A stretch of 64,000 nt of DNA from positions 1,192 to 65,191 of the forward strand of contig JAIXPZ010000083.1 in NCBI GenBank assembly GCA_027486005.1. Direction: 5' to 3'. Source of the DNA: Legionellales bacterium. Lineage in GTDB: Bacteria; Pseudomonadota; Gammaproteobacteria; JAGOUN01. Both the position numbers and the translations under genes were made by a program. Every line of letters starts with the position of its first letter. Within the stretch, counting starts at the first letter, position 1. The notes under the pieces were generated by a model. The model ran no database searches and was not told where the DNA came from. It saw only the letters and a program-made list of their open reading frames with translations. Of this stretch, positions 1 through 8,367 are shown piece by piece.

Positions 1-1
1 G

Positions 2-274
2 AATAGCTTGCAACCACTAAACACGTCTACCAATTATTTTGTGACACTTAACCCTAAACAACGACCACAAGAAGACTTAATTATTGATGAGCATCAATTT
101 GAGCATCCACAGTTCAGCCAGGGGGCGATAACAGCACAAAACAGTATTGAAAAGATACAAGGTGAAAATGACACCTATTATTGTGGCGCTTACTTGCGGT
201 ACGGATTTCATGAGGATGGACTTCAAAGTGCCGTTAATGTTGCGAAAAAGCTCGGCGTGGAAGTTCCATGGTAA
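2..274 (+). CDS. FAD/NAD(P)-dependent oxidoreductase (amine-oxidase/desaturase-like), C-terminal fragment; 5' end lies outside the window
   Basis: The frame is open from the window edge. The tail 'YYCGAYLRYGFHEDGLQSA' is typical of the oxidoreductase that precedes DUF1365/cfa genes. Its stop overlaps the next start (ATGGTAA). Confidence 0.75.
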   Translation, partial: NSLQPLNTSTNYFVTLNPKQRPQEDLIIDEHQFEHPQFSQGAITAQNSIEKIQGENDTYYCGAYLRYGFHEDGLQSAVNVAKKLGVEVPW

Positions 275-1053
275 TCACCGGGCATCAACTATTAAGTGCT
301 AATATTTACCATAAGCGATTAAGGCCTAAGGAAAATTCTTTCCGCTACCGCGCGTTCTATACGATATTAGACATGCAAAGGTTAAAGGAGAAAAACAACT
401 TACTTTTTTCTACCAACAAAATCTCGATATTAAGTTATCAACACCGTGATCATGGCTGTCGAGATGGAACAGACGCCACCCAATGGGCGAAAAAAATTTT
501 TAGTGAAAATGGTATTGATGTTGATTATATAAAATTAATCACCTTACCAAGAGTATTGGGTTATCTCTTTAACCCGGTGAGCTTTTGGTTGGGCTACATT
601 CAGAACGACCTGTGTGCAGTTATCTGTGAAGTTAATAACACCTTTCAACAAACACACACTTATATTTGCCATAAAGAAGACAATCAGTCTATTGCAGGAG
701 AAGATTGGTTTTGTGCGCCAAAGGAGTTTCATGTTTCACCGTTTTACCCCAGAGAAGGCAGTTATTATTTTAAATTTGATTTCAATGATGAAAAGAAAAA
801 TTATGTTATTTTAATTCACTATTATATCAATAATCAGTTAGAACTGATTACCTCTGTAACCGGAAAGGTAAAGCCGATGACTAAAAAAGGTATATTGTTC
901 GAGCTCTTTCGTTCACCTTTATTGACCTTAAAAGTGACAGCAATGATTTATTATCAAGCAGTAAAGATTTTTTTAAAGAAATCAAGATTTCACAAGTTGC
1001 CTGAGAAAAAAAACTGCCAAGTCACCGTTGCTAGAAATATTAAGAAAGTTTAA
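268..1053 (+). CDS. DUF1365 family protein
   Basis: 261 aa. The N-terminus 'IYHKRLRPKENSFRYRAFY' and its position between the FAD oxidoreductase and the CFA-synthase-like gene match the DUF1365 context. Confidence 0.8.
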   Translation: MVITGHQLLSANIYHKRLRPKENSFRYRAFYTILDMQRLKEKNNLLFSTNKISILSYQHRDHGCRDGTDATQWAKKIFSENGIDVDYIKLITLPRVLGYLFNPVSFWLGYIQNDLCAVICEVNNTFQQTHTYICHKEDNQSIAGEDWFCAPKEFHVSPFYPREGSYYFKFDFNDEKKNYVILIHYYINNQLELITSVTGKVKPMTKKGILFELFRSPLLTLKVTAMIYYQAVKIFLKKSRFHKLPEKKNCQVTVARNIKKV

Positions 1054-1121
1054 TGTTAATTAAATAGGTTATGGAAAAATATTTGATATAATCCCCTCAA
1101 TTCTATAATAGAGATCAATAT

Positions 1122-2288
1122 ATGTTTGAGAAGATTATTAAAGAGAAGCTCTTAAAATCTCTAAGAAAAATCGAGCAGGGAGAGATTCACTTAACCACGC
1201 CAGAAGGCGAGACTTTTTACTTTAAAGCGAATAATCCAGGTCTGAGTGCAGATATCACATTAAAAGATTGGCGTGTTATTGCTAATTTAAATATCAAGGG
1301 TGATATCGCTTTAGCAGAAGATTTTCGTGATGGATTCTGGGAGACTCAAAACCTCACTAATCTTATCCATTTTGGATTGGAGAATGAGAAAGTATTTCAA
1401 GGATATATAAAAGGCAGTTTTTTCTATAATTGTCTTGCTAAACTCGGCTATTTAACTCAGCGCAATACTATCAAGCAAAGCAAAAAAAATATTCATGCAC
1501 ATTATGATCTAGGCAATGATTTTTATAAGCTTTGGCTAGACGAGTCTATGACGTATTCTTCAGCTATTTATAAAAATGAGCACGAGCCTCTACAAAATGC
1601 GCAAAATCATAAGTATGATCGTATTTTGGATAAAATCTCGAATTTTGAACAGATCCTAGAGATAGGCTGCGGCTGGGGTGGTTTTGCTGAAAGAGCGATA
1701 CAAACCAAAGGCTGTACTATAAAAGGCATTACTTTATCACAGCAACAACAGAGTTATGCCAATGCTCGTTTAGAAAAATATCAAGATGCGGCAACAATTG
1801 TCATTGAAGACTATCGAAATCAAACAGGGAAATATGACGCTATTGTTTCCATCGAAATGATTGAAGCTGTTGGAAGGAAATATTGGCCTACCTATTTTAA
1901 GAAATTACAATCACTGTTAAAACCAGGCGGAAAAATATTTATTCAAAGTATCGTTATTGAAGATAGCCTTTTTAAAAATTACGTCAAAGGTACTGATTTA
2001 ATACGCACGCATATTTTTCCTGGGGGCCTATTACCAAGCAGGCAAGCGTTAAATGAACAAATTAGCAAAGCTAAGCTATGCTGCACGGATAGTTACGCTT
2101 TTGGCGCAGACTACGCAAAAACCTTGTCGCAATGGCTAGAAAATTTTACTGGGCAGGAAGAAAAACTGCTTCAACTAGGCTTTGATAAACGCTTTCAACG
2201 AATGTGGAAGTTTTATTTGGCTTCGTGTATCGCAGCGTTTAGACATAAAAAAATTGATGTCGTACAACTTGAGCTAAGCCATGTTTAA
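1122..2288 (+). CDS. cfa: Cyclopropane-fatty-acyl-phospholipid synthase family SAM-dependent methyltransferase
   Basis: 388 aa with the SAM-binding motif 'ILEIGCGWGGFA' and the CMAS-type core 'HYDLGNDFYKLWLD...MTYSSAIY'. Confidence 0.9.
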   Translation: MFEKIIKEKLLKSLRKIEQGEIHLTTPEGETFYFKANNPGLSADITLKDWRVIANLNIKGDIALAEDFRDGFWETQNLTNLIHFGLENEKVFQGYIKGSFFYNCLAKLGYLTQRNTIKQSKKNIHAHYDLGNDFYKLWLDESMTYSSAIYKNEHEPLQNAQNHKYDRILDKISNFEQILEIGCGWGGFAERAIQTKGCTIKGITLSQQQQSYANARLEKYQDAATIVIEDYRNQTGKYDAIVSIEMIEAVGRKYWPTYFKKLQSLLKPGGKIFIQSIVIEDSLFKNYVKGTDLIRTHIFPGGLLPSRQALNEQISKAKLCCTDSYAFGADYAKTLSQWLENFTGQEEKLLQLGFDKRFQRMWKFYLASCIAAFRHKKIDVVQLELSHV

Positions 2289-2826
2289 AAAAATAATTCA
2301 ATCTTTAGGGGTAATACTGATGAGCGCGTGCATATTTTCTGGTTGTTCCACTGATATCAGTTATTACAAAGATCAAAAACCCGCTTTGAATTTACAAAAT
2401 TATTTGCAAGGCAAAATTATCGGTTCTGGCATTATTAGAGATTGGCGCGGTCGCGTCACTAAACAGTTTGATTTTGTTGCAGAAGCTTCATGGAATAACA
2501 ATATCTGTACATTTAAAGAAGAGATGAGATATTACGATGGGCAAGTGGACCATCGTACTTGGACTATAAAGAAAATTAATGATCATTATTACGAAGGAGC
2601 CACAGACGATGTTATTGGTGTGGCCAAAATATTGGTTGATGGTAATGCCATGAATTGGCAATACCGGATGGATATAAAAGTCGATGATTCGACATACCGA
2701 ATAAAGTTTGATGACTGGATGTATCTGATGAATAACAATACACTTATCAATCACAACACATTTAAAAAATTTGGTATTACCGTCGGAACTCTCGTATTGT
2801 TTATGCATAAGCCCGAGGATCACTGA
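2281..2826 (+). CDS. DUF3833 family lipoprotein
   Basis: Lipobox 'IFSGCS' after a signal peptide. The start overlaps the cfa stop. 'FDDWMYLMNNNTLIN' resembles DUF3833, the usual partner of this cluster. Confidence 0.75.
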   Translation: MFKKIIQSLGVILMSACIFSGCSTDISYYKDQKPALNLQNYLQGKIIGSGIIRDWRGRVTKQFDFVAEASWNNNICTFKEEMRYYDGQVDHRTWTIKKINDHYYEGATDDVIGVAKILVDGNAMNWQYRMDIKVDDSTYRIKFDDWMYLMNNNTLINHNTFKKFGITVGTLVLFMHKPEDH

Positions 2827-2827
2827 T

Positions 2828-3595
2828 ATGGACACGAAAAGCTTGTTTTATCATAAGAACATTTGGATTATTGGTGCGAGCGACGGCATTGGAAAAGCCG
2901 TTGCAATTGCTTTGAGCAATTTAGGCGCTAATCTTGTGATCTCTGCTCGCTCACACGACAAATTGCTTGAGACCAATCGCGGGCTTAAAAATCAGGCTGT
3001 TGTCGTCGCGTTTGATGTTTCTCAACGTGAAGCGTTTTCTGTAGCCGCTCATTCCATTTTTGCTACACAGGAGATTAACTCTATTCTTTACTTTCCGGGC
3101 GTTTATGAACCTGTTGCTTTATGTCAGTTAAATAATGAAATAATTGATAGTAGTATCGATGTCAATCTTCGTTCTGTTTTTACATTACTACAATGCACAC
3201 TCCCGTATTTAAAAGAGCATTCAACGTGCCAACTGGCTGTAGCTGCTAGTGTGGCAGGGTATCAAGGTTTGCCAAATGCGCAGCCCTATTCCGCAACAAA
3301 AGCAGCGGTCATCAACTTGATAGAAAGCCTCAAATCTGAATATCCTATGTATAATATTAAGTTAATCAATCCAGGTTTTGTAAAAACCAAACTAACGGAC
3401 AAAAATAATTTTGATATGCCGGCGCTTATTTCAACCGAAAGAGCTGCAAAATACATATTGGCAGGGCTTCTTCAAAATAACTTTGAAATTCACTTCCCGA
3501 AAAAATTTACCTACATACTCAAAGTGATCAGAATGATGCCTTATAAGTATTATTTTTTACTGATAGATAAATACTTCAATCCGCTTAAAAAATAG
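2828..3595 (+). CDS. SDR family oxidoreductase
   Basis: ATG at 2828 gives 'MDTKSLFYHKNIWIIGASDGIGKAVA' (TGxxxGIG-type Rossmann motif). The catalytic 'YSATKAA' is present. The longer ORF from 2771 would overlap the upstream gene. Confidence 0.85.
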   Translation: MDTKSLFYHKNIWIIGASDGIGKAVAIALSNLGANLVISARSHDKLLETNRGLKNQAVVVAFDVSQREAFSVAAHSIFATQEINSILYFPGVYEPVALCQLNNEIIDSSIDVNLRSVFTLLQCTLPYLKEHSTCQLAVAASVAGYQGLPNAQPYSATKAAVINLIESLKSEYPMYNIKLINPGFVKTKLTDKNNFDMPALISTERAAKYILAGLLQNNFEIHFPKKFTYILKVIRMMPYKYYFLLIDKYFNPLKK

Positions 3596-3604
3596 GACGC
3601 CTAT

Positions 3605-4450
3605 ATGAACCCAATAGCGGATACTGCGATTTCACAAGTACATTTTAAATACTCTTTCTTAGTGGTGTCACTGGTTTTGATTATACATGCGCTACCGTTT
3701 TTTGCATTTTTCACGCCATTTAACCAAGCAGATGTTTGGCTTTTTTTCGTGAGTTATACTATACGTGTTTTCTCGCTTACCGCGGGCTATCATCGTTATT
3801 TTTCACATAAAGCATTTGAAACAAACCGGGTATTTCAATTTATTTTAGCCTTTTTTGCCGCATGCTCCTTACAAGGGGGCCCGCTCTGGTGGGCATCGCA
3901 TCATCGTCATCATCACCACACTTCTGACGAAGTGTCAGATGCACATAGCCCGGTTAGGTTTGGATTTTTTTATAGTCATTTTCTATGGTTTATGCAAAAA
4001 AAGCATTTAAAAGCACACTATCATTTAGTTAAAGATTTTAGTAGATTCCCTGAGTTACGCGCCTTAGAGCGCTACTGGTACCTCTTGCCGCTACCCGTGA
4101 TTGCTTTACTTTATCTGATAGGTGGATGGAACTATGTCATATGGGGGTTTTTTGTTCCTACATTGTTTGTGAATAACGCCACCTACGCAGTGAACTCCTT
4201 TGTCCATTTATACGGTAGCAGACGTTATAATACATCCGATAATAGTAGAAATAACGTGTGGGTCGCCCTACTGACCTTCGGTGAAGGTTGGCATAATAAT
4301 CACCACCGTTATGCTGGGTCTGCGAATCAAGGTTTTTGTTGGTATCAAATCGATATCACGTATTATTTTCTTTGTCTGCTATCTTATTTAAAAATTGTTA
4401 AAAATTTAAAAAAGGTGCCGGAAAAAATCCTTAAAGAAGGTGGCTATTAG
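3605..4450 (+). CDS. Membrane acyl-CoA/acyl-lipid fatty acid desaturase (di-iron, histidine-box)
   Basis: Three histidine boxes ('HRYFSH', 'HHRHHHH', 'HNNHHRY') and hydrophobic N-terminal helices. Confidence 0.9.
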   Translation: MNPIADTAISQVHFKYSFLVVSLVLIIHALPFFAFFTPFNQADVWLFFVSYTIRVFSLTAGYHRYFSHKAFETNRVFQFILAFFAACSLQGGPLWWASHHRHHHHTSDEVSDAHSPVRFGFFYSHFLWFMQKKHLKAHYHLVKDFSRFPELRALERYWYLLPLPVIALLYLIGGWNYVIWGFFVPTLFVNNATYAVNSFVHLYGSRRYNTSDNSRNNVWVALLTFGEGWHNNHHRYAGSANQGFCWYQIDITYYFLCLLSYLKIVKNLKKVPEKILKEGGY

Positions 4451-4521
4451 GTACAAATACCTCCGTTCATAGCTTCAATGCCTGCAAGAATCTGCATAAT
4501 AACTCTGTTAGTGTTTTTTTG

Positions 4522-5727
4522 CTAATCTTGATCTTTCAAAAACTGCGTAAATTTTCTACTGAGAATAACATTATTAAGTTGATCACGCACAAACAAGGTT
4601 TCATAAATAGTATCTTTAATAGATTTTGAAAACAATGTTAATAAGCGTGTTTTTTCTTCTTCCGCTAATTGATGGAAATTTTCGAGTAAAATTTGCTGGC
4701 AGGATTTTTCATAGTCGCTACGCGCTTTTTGCAATTGATCCGCTTCTGATTTTATTGGAGCCTGCTCTGAAAGATTCGTCTTTGAGATTGGCTTCTTCAT
4801 TTTTGGATTTTTATAATCTTGAACTAAAGCGCTGTGCATATAGCCGGATAAATGCTGAATAGCTTGCTTTTTATAACTTAAGGAATCTTTTACTACCGCA
4901 ATTTTTTCTTCCACATAAGCTTCGCCAAAATCGGCTAAAGCTGCTGAGGCTTGTTGCTTAGAAAACGCAAATTCATGCTGTAAAATATTTTCTACTTTCG
5001 ATTCTGAAACAATCTCTTCAAGCACTTTATTTTCTGCAGGATTAACACTAAATTTAATTGCCACAGGTTTTCGACCCACCTTTTTTAAGAGATATGCCAC
5101 ATTTAAACCGCTATATTCGTTAACTTCTTTAAGAGCGATATCAATAACTCGTTTGCGAAAGTCTTTGAAAACCGCATACTTAGTTTCATCTACGCCCATT
5201 AGTTTTCGAAAAACTGTCATATCAAACCACGGAGTCTCTTGAATATTTTGATAGCGTGCGCAATTTTCATAAAGCACCAGACCATAACTAGATTTGAAGC
5301 GTGCTTGTACTTGCATATTCAAGCGGCCATAAACTTCTGGTCGAAACAATAATTGACGCATTTTATGGCTATAGGAATAGGTACACAGCGGTCCGTCAAT
5401 ACTTGCATCGGCAATAATCGCGCTCGCGTTCCATACTCCCACACGATCCAGGCGCTCTTTGTCCACTAAATTCCATTCAATCACTGTTGAAATTAAACTC
5501 ACCAATGCTTTTTTGATAGCGTTTAATTCATTACTGTTGTACCCAATAAGATCGCACAAAGTCCGAATATGAATCTGGTGCTCATGCTTTTCAGAAAGCT
5601 CACTGTACGCATTGAAAAGTAACGCATTCGCAATTTTCCGCTGCACCAAAGAAAGCTTGTTCGCAGAATGAATGGTTGCGACATGTTTCTTCAAATCAAA
5701 ATTTTTATACGGTAATGTTGATAGCAT
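4522..5727 (-). CDS. Plasmid-type replication initiator protein (Rep_3/RepB-like)
   Basis: 401 aa. The N-terminus 'IHSANKLSLVQRKIANALLFNAY...IRTLCDLIGY...AIKKALVSLISTVIEWNL' has the winged-helix Rep_3 pattern. Iterons lie immediately upstream and the gene is divergent from parA. Confidence 0.8.
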   Translation of the reverse strand: MLSTLPYKNFDLKKHVATIHSANKLSLVQRKIANALLFNAYSELSEKHEHQIHIRTLCDLIGYNSNELNAIKKALVSLISTVIEWNLVDKERLDRVGVWNASAIIADASIDGPLCTYSYSHKMRQLLFRPEVYGRLNMQVQARFKSSYGLVLYENCARYQNIQETPWFDMTVFRKLMGVDETKYAVFKDFRKRVIDIALKEVNEYSGLNVAYLLKKVGRKPVAIKFSVNPAENKVLEEIVSESKVENILQHEFAFSKQQASAALADFGEAYVEEKIAVVKDSLSYKKQAIQHLSGYMHSALVQDYKNPKMKKPISKTNLSEQAPIKSEADQLQKARSDYEKSCQQILLENFHQLAEEEKTRLLTLFSKSIKDTIYETLFVRDQLNNVILSRKFTQFLKDQD

Positions 5728-5733
5728 TCTCTT

Positions 5734-5846
5734 TCCTGAATCTGTCCCTAATAAAACTTAAAAGACTCCTGTTAGTGTCCTTATTTATCCTGTTATTGTC
5801 ACACTCATTTCCTGTATCCGACCCAAACCACCCTGTTCATGTCCCC
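5734..5846. repeat. Iteron array (5 copies of about TCCTGTTANTGTCC) of a plasmid-type oriV, followed by an AT-rich tract to about 5945
   Basis: CCTG cores lie at 5735, 5768, 5789, 5811 and 5832, giving spacings of 33, 21, 22 and 21 bp. The array sits directly upstream of rep. Confidence 0.65.
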
Positions 5847-5968
5847 GTTTAACGATAAAAATCATTAAAAATCAAAGTGTTATAGTTCCTAAATATTAAA
5901 ACAAGTTATAAACTAATAAACATGTTTGTATTTTTTCTATCGTATCTTCTTCTTAACTTCAACTCAAG

Positions 5969-5996
5969 CTTATGTTACTCTTATTCATAACATAAG
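5969..5996. promoter_or_regulatory. 9-bp inverted repeat (CTTATGTTA-N10-TAACATAAG) just upstream of the parA RBS; candidate par operator or centromere-like site
   Basis: Perfect 9-bp arms read from the sequence, about 17 bp upstream of the GTG start of parA. Confidence 0.35.
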
Positions 5997-6013
5997 TCAT
6001 AAAGGAGCGAGAG

Positions 6014-6886
6014 GTGGCTAAAATCCTCGTGTGTGCTACAAATAAAGGTGGCGAAGGTAAAACAACCACCAGTATCAATCTTGCTGAATATGCGTCTCTT
6101 ATTTTAAAAAAACGCGTTTTGCTGATAGATTTAGATCCACAGGCGAATTTATCAGGTCGTTATATTGCAATGGATTATGATCCAGCCTACAAAAGTGGCA
6201 AGATTCCTCCTATTCATGCTGATTACGACGCAGAGCAAGATGAACAATGGGATGGACGTAGCAGTATTGCCAATATTTTTTATGGGGAAGAAGCTGTCCC
6301 CTACCCTACAAGTATAGAACATTTAGAATTACTTCCTGCACATTCTCAAAAGCTTTTAGAAGCAGAGGCTGTAACAAAAAACGAAGTGCTAGAAAAAGTA
6401 CATATGCAATTGAAATATTTTGTTGAATTGCCAGACTTACAAAAAGGCTACGACTTAGTGATTATTGATACTCCTCCTTCAAAAGGCCCACTGACAATAG
6501 CAGCAATCAAAGCTGCAACACATTTGATAATACCTGCTCAAATGGAACAGTTTTCGATCGAGGGGATCTATGGAATGTTACAACTTTGGAAACAAGAGTC
6601 TTATAAGCGTTCCAAAGCAACGCCAATTACCCTAGTAGGCATTTTACCTAACAAATACCGTGATATTAATCTGCATAGAGAATTTTTAGAAGAGCTGTGC
6701 ATGATGCCCGGAATAGGGAGCTATGTACTGCCTAATCCTATAAAAGTTCGGGCAGTTTATTCTGAGATTTTGGTGGAGGGTGCTCGTCCCAAAAGCATTT
6801 TTGAGTTAAAAAAATCTCATATTGCTAGAGAAGAGTGCGAAACCATTTGCCGAGAAATTTTAAATAAGGTGCTTGATCATGGCTAA
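6014..6886 (+). CDS. parA: ParA family partition ATPase
   Basis: Deviant Walker A 'NKGGEGKTTTS' and Walker B 'LVIIDTPP'. GTG start is preceded by AAAGGAG. Confidence 0.9.
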   Translation: MAKILVCATNKGGEGKTTTSINLAEYASLILKKRVLLIDLDPQANLSGRYIAMDYDPAYKSGKIPPIHADYDAEQDEQWDGRSSIANIFYGEEAVPYPTSIEHLELLPAHSQKLLEAEAVTKNEVLEKVHMQLKYFVELPDLQKGYDLVIIDTPPSKGPLTIAAIKAATHLIIPAQMEQFSIEGIYGMLQLWKQESYKRSKATPITLVGILPNKYRDINLHREFLEELCMMPGIGSYVLPNPIKVRAVYSEILVEGARPKSIFELKKSHIAREECETICREILNKVLDHG

Positions 6887-7859
6887 ACGAAAATCCTTTT
6901 CCATCAACTCTTCTTTGTCCAAAAGTTTAGAGGAAACGGTTCAAGCTGCCCATGATTTCTCTGGTCAACTGTTTGTTGAAGTGATTCCTGTTGATAGATT
7001 GGAACTTGATCCAGAAAATCCGCGTGACTTACATCTCAGCTTTCAAGATATTCAAGAAGGTATTGCTGCAGATGATCCTTTAGCCGATACAAAGAAGAGC
7101 GAATTACTCAATCTTCAATCGCTCTCTAAATCGATTGTTGCCCAAGGATTAATTAATCCGATTGTAGTGTATAAGTATCAAGATAAATATCGCTTGATTG
7201 CAGGTGAACGACGAACATTGGCGTCTATTTTAGCTGGGAAAAATCAGATTCAGGCCCGCATTTTTGAAGATAAACCTAGCCCACTTAACCGTGTCGTCCT
7301 GCAATGGATGGAAAATAACGAGCGTGAAGACTTAACTTTAGCGGAGCGTGTCAATAATATCCGCTCAATTGTTAAAATTTATAGCAATCAACATGAGGCA
7401 CATGCAGAGCGAGTGACTGCCGCTGAGCTGAGTGATTTGACCGGAATGTCAGTTTCTCAAGCCGCGCAATATAGATTGGTATTACAGGGCACTGAAGCTC
7501 TTTTACTTGCTATCAAAGAAAATAAAGTAAGTAACTTGGATAAAGCTGCTTTTATTGTAAAAGCTTCATTTCAAGACCAGGATGCTCTGATTAGTTTATG
7601 TTCTCAAGGGGCTTCTTTGAGAGAATTAAAAGCTGCTAGTCATAAGTTGTTTATTCAGAAACCCGACAAAGTGTTGGCTACTTCAAAGATATTTTCTGCA
7701 ACAGTACGGGGTGAAAAGACGATGCGTATTATTTTGGATGCTTTATACAGAGAAGCAATTTTGCCCTCCACTATGCAAAATCATACGACACTTGACGGTA
7801 ATGCGCTGGTACGCCATTTTCACGAGGTGCTTGAACGCATAGAAAGAGGTGCTGCATAG
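6879..7859 (+). CDS. parB: ParB/Spo0J-like partition protein
   Basis: ParB N-terminal box 'GLINPIVVYKYQDKYRLIAGERR' and HTH 'TAAELSDLTGMSVSQAAQY'. The ATG at 6879 overlaps the parA stop. Confidence 0.85.
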   Translation: MAKRKSFSINSSLSKSLEETVQAAHDFSGQLFVEVIPVDRLELDPENPRDLHLSFQDIQEGIAADDPLADTKKSELLNLQSLSKSIVAQGLINPIVVYKYQDKYRLIAGERRTLASILAGKNQIQARIFEDKPSPLNRVVLQWMENNEREDLTLAERVNNIRSIVKIYSNQHEAHAERVTAAELSDLTGMSVSQAAQYRLVLQGTEALLLAIKENKVSNLDKAAFIVKASFQDQDALISLCSQGASLRELKAASHKLFIQKPDKVLATSKIFSATVRGEKTMRIILDALYREAILPSTMQNHTTLDGNALVRHFHEVLERIERGAA

Positions 7860-8203
7860 TGTTTAGCGGGTTAAAAACAAAGATTACTTTTGTGGTTCCT
7901 GCTGCTTTACAAATGGAGCTACGTGAACGTATCCCCCGCGACGGCTATGGCTTGAGAGGTAAAAGCAAATGGGTATCAGAAGCGATTGAATCTTTGTTGG
8001 TTTTAGAGAATTTTGCACGATTAGTTCAATATAGCGAAGAAATGCATGGTTTTGAAAAAGTAGAAACTGTTGTAGTGAGCACTGAGTTAAAGAAGCAAAT
8101 TGATAAGGCGATTCTTGAGGTACGTAAGTACTATCCAGGATCTGAAGGTGTTCAAAGTTCTATTGTTCGAACTGCAATTATGCAGCGGCTTCTGCGTAGT
8201 TAA
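7859..8203 (+). CDS. Small protein with two tandem ribbon-helix-helix-like repeats (third gene of the par operon)
   Basis: GTG overlaps the parB stop. Two strand-helix-helix patterns are present: 'KITFVVPAALQMELRERI..KSKWVSEAIESLL' and 'ETVVVSTELKKQIDKAILEV..VQSSIVRTAIMQRLL'. The fold is assigned from the pattern only. Confidence 0.5.
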   Translation: MFSGLKTKITFVVPAALQMELRERIPRDGYGLRGKSKWVSEAIESLLVLENFARLVQYSEEMHGFEKVETVVVSTELKKQIDKAILEVRKYYPGSEGVQSSIVRTAIMQRLLRS

Positions 8204-8225
8204 GTATCCTGTAGGTGTCCCTGTT

Positions 8226-8260
8226 GCATTTAAGAGGGCGACTGCCGGTCGCCCTCTTTC
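8226..8260 (+). repeat. 35-nt hairpin element, copy 1 (GCATTTAAGAGGGCGACTGCCGGTCGCCCTCTTTC); probable terminator
   Basis: 10-11 bp GC stem at 8233-8257. A near-identical copy lies at 10236-10270. Confidence 0.5.
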
Positions 8261-8367
8261 CTATTCAAGCACCTGTATTGTTAATCTCAGCTAAATTTAT
8301 ATTTTCAACGTTTTCCGGCCACCAGAAATATGATCTTTTTATGCGCAATCTGGTCTAGCACTTATTC

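Noticed and set aside
2488-2835. 115-aa minus-strand ORF antisense to the DUF3833 gene
   Set aside because: It lies entirely within a plus-strand gene that fits a conserved operon, and it has no start context.
5728-6013. DnaA boxes in the plasmid-like origin
   Set aside because: The best candidate, TTATCCTGT (about 5786), mismatches the TTATCCACA consensus at the last three positions and is part of an iteron. No convincing DnaA box was found by eye.
8100-8294. 64-aa plus-strand ORF spanning the end of the RHH gene and the 35-nt hairpin
   Set aside because: It is out of frame with and overlaps the coupled par-operon gene, and it runs through a terminator-like hairpin.
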